From NCBI GenBank assembly GCA_934613415.1, contig CAKTSY010000004.1, positions 30,001-62,000 on the forward strand: 32,000 nt of DNA. The letters run 5' to 3'. The first letter of the stretch is position 1. Every line of letters begins with the position of its first letter. Source of the DNA: an uncultured Opitutales bacterium. GTDB taxonomy: Bacteria > Verrucomicrobiota > Verrucomicrobiia > Opitutales > Intestinicryptomonadaceae. This document shows, piece after piece, positions 25,578 to 32,000 of the stretch. Position numbers and translations under genes: made by a program. A model generated the notes under the pieces. That model saw nothing but the letters and a program-made list of their open reading frames with translations. It did not search any database and was not told the DNA's origin.

Positions 25578-26417
25578 TCAGCGCAAAGTTTTTTTGCAAA
25601 AATCCTTCGCCAAAATGTAGCCTTCGTCGTACAAAAAGCGCAGTTTGTCGGGGTCTGACTCAAGCCTGTTTATCACAAGCTTGTTTTTGGGACGTATAAC
25701 CGTAATTTGCCCGCTTTTTTCAAGCTGCTCTATCTTTTGCATCTTTTGGTTGTAGCGGTGCGTTCTGGTTAAAAACGCCTCTCTAAGCTTTGGGTAGTCG
25801 GAATACACAAATTTGGGCAAAAACGGAGGCTTTTCGCTTTTTCTATATCCGTAGTTTCGGGTAAGAACTACAACATTTTTCTTGTAGCCGTCTAAAATTG
25901 CCTTTTCTATGGGTAAAGGGTCTGCAATGCCGCCGTCGAGATAATATTTGCCGTCTACAAGAGTTTTTTTGCACACAAACGGCAAACTGCACGATGCCTT
26001 GCACTTTGCAAGCAAATCGCCTTCGGTTTGGCTTTTGCCGAAATATTCGGCTTTGCCCGTTTGGCAGTTTGTTGCAACTATTAAAAAGTTTGTTTTGCTT
26101 TTTTTGTAGGCTGCAAAGTCGTAGGGATACACCTTTAACGGAAGCTCGCCAAACAAAAATTTATAGTCCATTACGCACCCTTGCGTAAAAAGATAGCGCA
26201 AGCCTATGTAGTGGCGGCGTCTTAAAATGTCTATATTGCAAAATCGCGCCCTGCCCCTTTGTTGCGACACATACGACAACCCGTTTGAAGCCCCCGCCGA
26301 AACGCCTATCGCATACGGGAAATTTACGCCAAAATCCATAAAGCAGTCTAGCACGCCGCAGGTAAAAACGCCGCGCATTCCGCCGCCCTCTAAAATAAGT
26401 CCGCAATCTTTAAGCAT
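25578..26417 (-). CDS. Patatin-like phospholipase family protein (YjjU/YqhO-like)
   Basis: 279 aa. Oxyanion GGGMRG, nucleophile elbow GVSAGA, catalytic DGG in YYLDGGIAD. Confidence 0.85.
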   Translation of the reverse strand: MLKDCGLILEGGGMRGVFTCGVLDCFMDFGVNFPYAIGVSAGASNGLSYVSQQRGRARFCNIDILRRRHYIGLRYLFTQGCVMDYKFLFGELPLKVYPYDFAAYKKSKTNFLIVATNCQTGKAEYFGKSQTEGDLLAKCKASCSLPFVCKKTLVDGKYYLDGGIADPLPIEKAILDGYKKNVVVLTRNYGYRKSEKPPFLPKFVYSDYPKLREAFLTRTHRYNQKMQKIEQLEKSGQITVIRPKNKLVINRLESDPDKLRFLYDEGYILAKDFCKKTLR

Positions 26418-26441
26418 AGTTTTGCCGTAGTTTTATGTAAT

Positions 26442-26480
26442 AAAAAACTCCGCAAAGCTTAGTTTGCGGAGCAGTTTTTT
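26442..26480. terminator. Bidirectional-looking intrinsic terminator (ends the NRAMP-like gene on the minus strand)
   Basis: A6, then stem ctccgcaaa / tttgcggag with 6-nt loop, then cag and T6. Confidence 0.8.
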
Positions 26481-26501
26481 CAATCGAAAAATTTTTGCGG
26501 C

Positions 26502-28214
26502 TTATTTGCCCGAAGCCGGTTTTTTTACAAATCTATAGCCTGCAACCAAGAGAACGAACAAGGCAAACAGGCAAATGCCAAGCACGCCCTGCTTGCTCCA
26601 TAAAATATACAAGCTTGCCGAGCCCGAAGTAAGAACCGCCAAGCCCATAAGTATGTTCCATACAATTCTCGAAACTCCGCGCGGCATATCCTTGCCCAAT
26701 ATGTTTTTGTTGTTCATCATTAGGCAAAAACAGGTATATGCAATGGGTAGCAGCACCATCGCAAACACGCTGGTTGGCACCGCCAAATACATAAGTGCGT
26801 CTTTCCAGAAAAACGGCATTAAAATGCCTATGCAAACTATAAGCGAGCCTATTGTTTGCCACTTGCCCTTTGCGGGTTTGTTCAGCAATTCGCAAAAACA
26901 CAACCCGTTTATAAGCATAAGCATTGTAGTTGCGTTAAGCGCCATTGCCAATACTCCGAAACCGAAAACATAGCGCGCAACTTTTTCGCCAACCAAGGGA
27001 GCAAGCGTAGACGACAAATTAAACGCGTCGCGCTTAACTATCATAGATGCAATTTGCCTTTCGTTTGCGGGCAAAGCCTTTGCCAACTGGTCTTTTTGGG
27101 CATCGTTTAGCGTAGCATATTTTTGTTCGCCAACTTCGGCCTTAACCCTTTTTTGCAAAAGAACGTCGTAGGCAACAACCAAGTTTTTGGGCGGCTGAAT
27201 TTGCTCGCCGTTGGCCTCGTAGGCTGGAGATGCCAAACCCAAAACGGGCTTTGCGTGAAATTGCGAGGCAGCCGCTATTACAACGCAGCCCGTGCCCAAA
27301 ATAAAGGGAATAAATAGCCCCGTAGATAAATCGAAAATTGCAAGGCCGCGAAAGTCTCTGTCCCAGCCCTTTCTAAGCATGGAATACGGCAAAAGGAATG
27401 TCATATTTATACCAACGGCAGTTGCGGCTGCAGCCAGCATAACGTCTCTTTGTTCGCCGACAATTAGGGTAGACCAAAACTCTTTGCCCGCGGGCGAAAA
27501 GTCTTTTATTAAAGCCATAAAAGAATCGGCAGGCTCGAACAAAGTTTTTAAAGACGGCTTTAAGCCGTTTAGTACCTCCGAAAGTTCAACGCCGCCGTTT
27601 GCAAACAAAAGACCAACTACGCCCATAAAGCACAAAACAACGCAGGCAACCATAAGCTTCATTAAAGTTTCGAACACCTTAACGCCCCTGCCGCCTATGT
27701 TGTATATAGAAACTATGGAAATTGTTATAAGCAAAATTATGGGCGCAATAATAAGCTTGTTTGTGAATGGGTCGCGCCCTTCGAAAAGCGGAGTAAAAAG
27801 GTTTTGCTCTATAGCCGCCGTAGCCAGTGCAAATTGCGGCATAGACCACACCAAATTCGCCATCATAGAGGCCAAAAGCCAGCCCCAACCCAAAACGGGG
27901 CTAATTTCCGAATTTATTGCCCTTAGCGGCCTTTTGCCCATAGAAAGCGTTACATAGGCAATGGCACTCATCATAATAACGCCCAAAAACATTGCAAATG
28001 GCTGCAGCCACAAAAACGCCAAGCCGCCAATTACGCCCAAATACATTGAAGACGCCAAAGACCCCCCGCCCAAAGTGAGCGCGCTTTGAAGCCAGCCGGG
28101 GCCCGACAAGCGCATATACGCGCCCGCCGTTGCCATTTTTCCTTTTTTTTGCGCGTTTAATATAAGTTCGCGCTGCGATTGTAGTTTTGCGTTAAATTGG
28201 TTGTCGTTTTCCAT
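26502..28214 (-). CDS. NRAMP-fold (MntH-like) membrane transporter with non-canonical binding-site motifs
   Basis: 570 aa and multi-TM. The N-terminal region is collinear with MntH TM1-TM3 (LSGPGWLQSALTLGGGSLASSMYLGVIGGLAFLWLQPFAMFLG against E. coli [44 protein letters not shown]). The TM6 region AVGINMTFLLPYS aligns with GATIMPHVIYLHS. Confidence 0.8.
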   Translation of the reverse strand: MENDNQFNAKLQSQRELILNAQKKGKMATAGAYMRLSGPGWLQSALTLGGGSLASSMYLGVIGGLAFLWLQPFAMFLGVIMMSAIAYVTLSMGKRPLRAINSEISPVLGWGWLLASMMANLVWSMPQFALATAAIEQNLFTPLFEGRDPFTNKLIIAPIILLITISIVSIYNIGGRGVKVFETLMKLMVACVVLCFMGVVGLLFANGGVELSEVLNGLKPSLKTLFEPADSFMALIKDFSPAGKEFWSTLIVGEQRDVMLAAAATAVGINMTFLLPYSMLRKGWDRDFRGLAIFDLSTGLFIPFILGTGCVVIAAASQFHAKPVLGLASPAYEANGEQIQPPKNLVVAYDVLLQKRVKAEVGEQKYATLNDAQKDQLAKALPANERQIASMIVKRDAFNLSSTLAPLVGEKVARYVFGFGVLAMALNATTMLMLINGLCFCELLNKPAKGKWQTIGSLIVCIGILMPFFWKDALMYLAVPTSVFAMVLLPIAYTCFCLMMNNKNILGKDMPRGVSRIVWNILMGLAVLTSGSASLYILWSKQGVLGICLFALFVLLVAGYRFVKKPASGK

Positions 28215-28283
28215 AAAATTGTCGAATAAGTTTGGTAAAGTGCCGATTGTGGCAATTTATAGAACTTATTGCAACAATTTATT

Positions 28284-30218
28284 TTAAAGAGAGGCCTTAG
28301 ACTTTTCCAGCTCGTCTATTTTCGAGGCAAAAATTTCCCACTTTTTATACAAGTCTTCCAACTGCGAATTTATTTGCGAATAGCGGTTTGCCGTAGATGC
28401 CGAACGCTCGGCGTCTTTGTAAAAGTCGGGATTGCCCATATCGGCTTCTATTGTTTCCTTTTCGCTTTCAAGCGCGGTTATTTGCGCTTCTATTTTAGAG
28501 TAGTCTTTTTTTATTACCGCAATTTTCGCATTTATATTGGCAACGTTAATCCTGCGCTGCTTTGCGCTGTCTACCTGTTTTTCGGCGACTTTTTTGGGCG
28601 ATGCAAGCCCCTTTTCGGCCTTAACTTTTTCGAGATATTCGCTTACATTGCCTATAAAGGTTCTTGTTTTGCCGTGGCTTATTTCTATAACCTTGGTTAC
28701 AAGCGGGTCTATAAAGTCGCGGTCGTGACTTACAATTAAAACCGTGCCTTTATACGAAGCTACCGCGTCGCGCAAAACCTTTTTCGAATCCATATCCAAG
28801 TGGTTGGTAGGCTCGTCTAAAATAAGAAAGTTGAACGACTTTAAAAGCATTTTGGCCAAGGCAAGCCTGTTCTTTTCGCCGCCCGAAAGCACGGCAACTT
28901 TTTTAAGCGCGTCGTCGCCGGTAAACATAAACGAGCCTAGCAGCGTTCTTATGTGTTTTTTTTGCTCGAAATCGGCGGTAGAGGCGGCTTCGTCCATAAC
29001 GGTATAGTCGCTTCTTAGCTGCGAAGTTTGGTGCTGGGCAAAGTACGAAATTGTTACGTTTTGACCGATTTGCACGTTGCCCGAATCCGGCTGCATTTCG
29101 CCTGCCATAATTTTTACAAGCGTGGATTTGCCGGCTCCGTTTACGCCCACAATGGCAATTCTGTCGAGCCTTTGAATGTCGAAGGAAACGTCTTTTAAAA
29201 CAACCTTTTCGCCAAAGCTTTTGCAAAGGTTTTTAACCGAGGCAACCAACTGCCCGCTGCGTTCTGGCTCTGGAAACTTAAAGGCAATTTGCCCCTGTTT
29301 TGTGTCGCTTTCTACGCGCTCGATTTTGTCTAACGCCTTAATTCTGCTTTGAACTTGCGCGGCTTTCGAGCTTTTGTATCTAAATTTGTCTATAAAACGC
29401 TCTACCCTTGCTATTTCGCGCTCTTGATTTTTTACCGCCTTTTCGCGCTGAATTGCCCTTTGTTGCGACTCTTTTTCGTAGAACGAATAGTTACCTTCGT
29501 ATACGTCTAGCCTGCCTTTTATAAGGGCAAAGGTGCGGTTTGCAAGGTTGTCTATAAAACGCCTGTCGTGGCTTACAATAACAAGCGCGCCGCTATAGCT
29601 TTTTAGATAATTTTCAAGCCAGTCTACCGACTCTATATCCAAGTGGTTGGTAGGCTCGTCGAGCATTAAAAGCGAGGGCTTTGCAAGCAAAAGCTTTGCA
29701 AGCGCAATTCGCATTTGCCAGCCGCCCGAAAAGTCGCAGCATGGCTTTTGCATATCCGAATTTTCAAAGCCCAAACCGCTTAAAATTTTTTCTATATTGG
29801 GCTTTAGGCGGTCGGCGTCGGCGTCGTCCAAAAAAATCTCCATTTCGCCGATTGCCTCTAGCGTTTGCATATATTGGGGGCTGCTTTTGTCTAAAGTCTG
29901 CAGCAAGTCGTTTGCAGACTGCAAATTTTTCTTTGTATTTACAATGTCGGCAAACACGCTTTCGGCCTCTTCAAAAAGCGGTTTTGTAGACTTGTTTACA
30001 ATCTCCTGCGGCAAATAGCCCATTGTGGCGTATTTTGGGGTTGCAATTTCGCCGGCATCTACGCCCTCTTGGTTTGCCAAAACCTTAAGCAAGGTAGACT
30101 TTCCCGCGCCGTTTACCCCCACAAGGGCAATTTTGTCGCCCTTGTTTATCGAAACGCTTATGTTGTCGAAAATCTTTCTGTCGCCGAAGCGCAAAGATAT
30201 GTTCTTTATGTCTACCAT
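28284..30218 (-). CDS. ABC-F family ATPase (Uup/YheS-like) with C-terminal coiled coil
   Basis: I start at MVDIKNISLRFG (reverse complement of 30216-30218). Two ABC cassettes (GVNGAGKST twice; LSGGWQMR and LSGGEKNR; LMLDEPTNHLD and LILDEPTNHLD). Inter-domain linker. No TM domain. Coiled-coil tail. Confidence 0.9.
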   Translation of the reverse strand: MVDIKNISLRFGDRKIFDNISVSINKGDKIALVGVNGAGKSTLLKVLANQEGVDAGEIATPKYATMGYLPQEIVNKSTKPLFEEAESVFADIVNTKKNLQSANDLLQTLDKSSPQYMQTLEAIGEMEIFLDDADADRLKPNIEKILSGLGFENSDMQKPCCDFSGGWQMRIALAKLLLAKPSLLMLDEPTNHLDIESVDWLENYLKSYSGALVIVSHDRRFIDNLANRTFALIKGRLDVYEGNYSFYEKESQQRAIQREKAVKNQEREIARVERFIDKFRYKSSKAAQVQSRIKALDKIERVESDTKQGQIAFKFPEPERSGQLVASVKNLCKSFGEKVVLKDVSFDIQRLDRIAIVGVNGAGKSTLVKIMAGEMQPDSGNVQIGQNVTISYFAQHQTSQLRSDYTVMDEAASTADFEQKKHIRTLLGSFMFTGDDALKKVAVLSGGEKNRLALAKMLLKSFNFLILDEPTNHLDMDSKKVLRDAVASYKGTVLIVSHDRDFIDPLVTKVIEISHGKTRTFIGNVSEYLEKVKAEKGLASPKKVAEKQVDSAKQRRINVANINAKIAVIKKDYSKIEAQITALESEKETIEADMGNPDFYKDAERSASTANRYSQINSQLEDLYKKWEIFASKIDELEKSKASL

Positions 30219-30311
30219 AAATAAAAAGGGAATATGCAACTACATAAACGCCGCTTAGTAAAGCCTATTTTTGACCGATAAAAAATGGGCGTTTGCGCAA
30301 ATTCGGCAAAA

Positions 30312-30339
30312 TTGATTAACTTGGCGATATGCCTATATT
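30312..30339 (+). promoter_or_regulatory. Candidate sigma70-like promoter for fba (TTGATT - 16 nt - TATATT)
   Basis: -35 at 30312-30317 and -10 at 30334-30339. This would give a 5' UTR of about 85 nt ending in AGGAAAatatATG. Confidence 0.3.
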
Positions 30340-30430
30340 TTGGGCAAAATGGCGCGGGCGTAATTTTTTTGTTGCAATCGCGCCCAGTGCGTTTTTTAAT
30401 ACGCGCTTAAATTTCAACATAGGAAAATAT

Positions 30431-31423
30431 ATGGTATCATATAAAGAGCTAGGGTTGGTTAACACGCGCGAGCTTTTCAAAAAAGCTATCGAAGGCAAAT
30501 ACGCTATTCCCGCGTTTAACTTCAATAATATGGAACAAATGCAGGCCATCGTTCAGGCTTGTGTTGAAAAAAAGTCGCCTGTAATTCTTCAGGTTTCGAG
30601 CGGCGCACGCAAATACGCCAATCAAACTTTGTTGCGCTATATGGCCCAGGGTGCTTGCGAATACGCCAAGGAACTTGGCTATGCTATTCCGATAGTTTTG
30701 CACCTCGACCACGGCGACACATTTGAACTTTGCAAATCCTGCATAGAATACGGTTTCTCGTCGGTTATGATAGACGGCTCGAGCCACTCTTACGACGACA
30801 ACGTTGAATTGACAGCCAAGGTTGTTGAATACGCCCACAAATACGACGTAACAGTTGAAGGCGAACTCGGCGTATTGGCAGGTATCGAAGACGAAGTTTC
30901 GCACGAAACACATTCGTATACACGCCCCGAAGAAGTTGAAGACTTCGTTAAAAAGACAGGTGTAGACTCGTTGGCAATCTCCATCGGCACATCGCACGGC
31001 GCATACAAATTCAAGCCCGAACAGTGCACAAGAGACGCTAACGGCCGCTTGGTTCCCCCGCCGTTGCGCTTCGACATTCTTAAAGAAGTTGAAAAACGCA
31101 TACCCGGTTTCCCGATTGTATTGCACGGTTCTTCTTCGGTTCCTCAGCAGTATGTTGACCAAATCAACAAATACGGCGGCAAATTGGAAGCTGCAGTTGG
31201 CATTCCTGAAGAACAATTAAGAGAAGCTTCGAAGTCGGCTGTTTGCAAAATCAACATCGACTCGGACGGCCGTTTGGCAATGACTGCGGCAGTACGCAAA
31301 GTATTCGTAGAAAAGCCCGCAGAATTCGACCCCCGCAAATACTTGGGTCCTGCTCGCGACGAATTGAAAAAGCTTTATATGCACAAAGTCGAAAACGTTT
31401 TGGGTTCGGCTGGCAAGGCCTAA
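30431..31423 (+). CDS. fba: Class II fructose-bisphosphate aldolase
   Basis: I start at ATG 30431 (AGGAAA RBS at 30421), not the track start at 30329. 331 aa. AIPAFNFNNMEQ, SPVILQVS, LHLDHG, SVMIDGS, VEGELG, LAISIGTSHG, VLHGSS. Confidence 0.9.
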   Translation: MVSYKELGLVNTRELFKKAIEGKYAIPAFNFNNMEQMQAIVQACVEKKSPVILQVSSGARKYANQTLLRYMAQGACEYAKELGYAIPIVLHLDHGDTFELCKSCIEYGFSSVMIDGSSHSYDDNVELTAKVVEYAHKYDVTVEGELGVLAGIEDEVSHETHSYTRPEEVEDFVKKTGVDSLAISIGTSHGAYKFKPEQCTRDANGRLVPPPLRFDILKEVEKRIPGFPIVLHGSSSVPQQYVDQINKYGGKLEAAVGIPEEQLREASKSAVCKINIDSDGRLAMTAAVRKVFVEKPAEFDPRKYLGPARDELKKLYMHKVENVLGSAGKA

Positions 31424-31448
31424 TAATTAGGCTAAATAAAGCGAACAC

Positions 31449-31483
31449 AAGGCGCAAACAACAAGTTTGCGCCTTTGTTTTTT
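31449..31483 (+). terminator. Intrinsic terminator after fba
   Basis: Perfect 11-bp stem aaggcgcaaac / gtttgcgcctt, 5-nt loop, then tgTTTTTT. Confidence 0.85.
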
Positions 31484-31509
31484 ACAGTTTAAAACCATAC
31501 TTTGTTAAA

Positions 31510-32000
31510 ATGAAAAAGTTTATTCCAAATAAAGAATGTTTGCAAAAGCTTAACGAAGCCGCAAAAGACATATATGCGCACCGATTCAACCAGCTAGGCT
31601 ACCCATTTAACCAGGAAACCGACCTTTCGGAATTCTACCAGTGGCTTGTAGACACAAAGTTGGCAGATCTTACCCTTATAAACGTTGGCGACCCCTACAA
31701 AACCGATTGGGATATGCTTAATACCGACTATTTCGAGCAAAAGGCAATAGACTTTATAGCCGAAAGTTTCGGGTTCGACGAAAACCACTGGGGCGTTATA
31801 GCCAACGGCGGCACCGACGGCAATATGCACGGCATATATTTTGGCAGAAAAGCCCTTGCCGCAAAAAGCAATTTGCCCCCAATTTTATACGTTTCAAAAG
31901 AGGCACACTATTCGCTTAAAAAGATAGGCGACATTCAAAATATTGAAGTAAGAACAATTAACGCCCACGAAATGGGCGAGATGGACACCCAAGACTTTGC
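31510..32000 (+). CDS. PLP-dependent group II decarboxylase, histidine decarboxylase-like (5' part; runs off the window)
   Basis: Not in the ORF track because it is open to the edge. My translation reads MKKFIPNKECLQKLNEAAKDIYAHRFNQLGYPFNQETDL...NHWGVIANGGTDGNMHGIYFGRK...ILYVSKEAHYSLKKIG...EMGEMDTQDF. It is collinear with Gram-negative HDC (NIGYPES..., [43 protein letters not shown]). Confidence 0.7.
   Translation, partial: MKKFIPNKECLQKLNEAAKDIYAHRFNQLGYPFNQETDLSEFYQWLVDTKLADLTLINVGDPYKTDWDMLNTDYFEQKAIDFIAESFGFDENHWGVIANGGTDGNMHGIYFGRKALAAKSNLPPILYVSKEAHYSLKKIGDIQNIEVRTINAHEMGEMDTQDF

Noticed and set aside
25578-26417. Patatin-like phospholipase as a possible CBASS CapV-type or other defence effector
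   Set aside because: There is no cyclase, sensor or other defence partner next to it. The neighbours are yajC-secDF and a transporter. The sequence resembles the widespread stand-alone YjjU/YqhO-type lipases.
27292-27957. 221-aa plus-strand ORF inside the NRAMP-like gene (similarly 26575-26973 and 28269-28739 opposite neighbouring genes)
   Set aside because: These are antisense shadows of long minus-strand genes. Their sequences are low-complexity and S/P/K-rich, with no independent signals.
28284-30218. ABC-F ATPase as an antibiotic-resistance (ARE) ribosome-protection factor
   Set aside because: The domain order and coiled-coil tail fit housekeeping Uup/YheS-type ABC-F proteins. ARE and housekeeping types cannot be told apart without phylogeny of the linker region.
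30449-31216. 255-aa minus-strand ORF antisense to fba, plus nested ORFs 30790-31101 and 31144-31338
   Set aside because: It lies entirely inside a well-supported, motif-rich fba gene. Its composition (rich in F, V, C, N and R) is typical of an antisense frame, and no start context or motif was recognised.
1-32000. Scan for CRISPR arrays, tRNA/rRNA genes, IS elements, integrases and phage or defence islands
   Set aside because: I saw no regularly spaced repeats, no cloverleaf-capable conserved tRNA motifs in the short intergenic regions, and no transposase- or integrase-like ORFs. All long ORFs are accounted for by housekeeping families.

Overview
This 32-kb window is a dense chromosomal housekeeping region from a diderm bacterium (LptB, a Wza-like exporter and a SecDF fusion are present). 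I cannot name the taxon from the sequence alone. I support 25 protein-coding genes, 2 gene remnants, 6 intrinsic terminators and a few candidate promoters.

Gene order:
- 1-2138 (-): exopolysaccharide export pair, Wza-like followed by a Wzz/GumC-type co-polymerase that is cut by the window edge.
- 2259-2567 (+): small membrane protein.
- 2665-4325 (-): HU/IHF-like gene followed by hisS.
- 4422-7493 (+): overlapping ClpX-like AAA+ gene, ubiE/menG and an RluA-family pseudouridine synthase.
- 7565-8887 (+): orphan secreted helical protein.
- 8962-9469: two back-to-back gene remnants.
- 9473-11104 (-): pabB-pabC fusion.
- 11147-22404 (-): co-directional cluster of about 11 kb with no terminator seen inside it (recJ, lptB, hprK, metH, rodA, rng, tlyA, cupin).
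- 22477-25428 (-): yajC-secDF.
- 25578-30218 (-): patatin-like lipase, a divergent NRAMP-like transporter and an ABC-F ATPase.
- 30431-31423 (+): class II fba.
- 31510-32000 (+): 5' part of a histidine-decarboxylase-like gene.

I saw no rRNA, tRNA, CRISPR array, transposase, integrase or phage genes. I do not find a convincing self-contained novel multi-gene system here.

The most unusual items are:
1. A 12-tyrosine G-Y repeat tail on the cytoplasmic N-terminus of the polysaccharide co-polymerase.
2. A ClpX paralogue with no zinc finger and a C-terminal extension of about 120 aa, translationally coupled to ubiE and rluA.
3. An NRAMP-fold transporter in which the canonical DPGN and MPH metal-site motifs are replaced.
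4. An orphan secreted all-helical protein with promoter geometry that predicts a leaderless mRNA.
5. A deletion scar joining two divergent genes that have both lost their 5' ends.

All family assignments come from reading motifs by eye. No database search was run.
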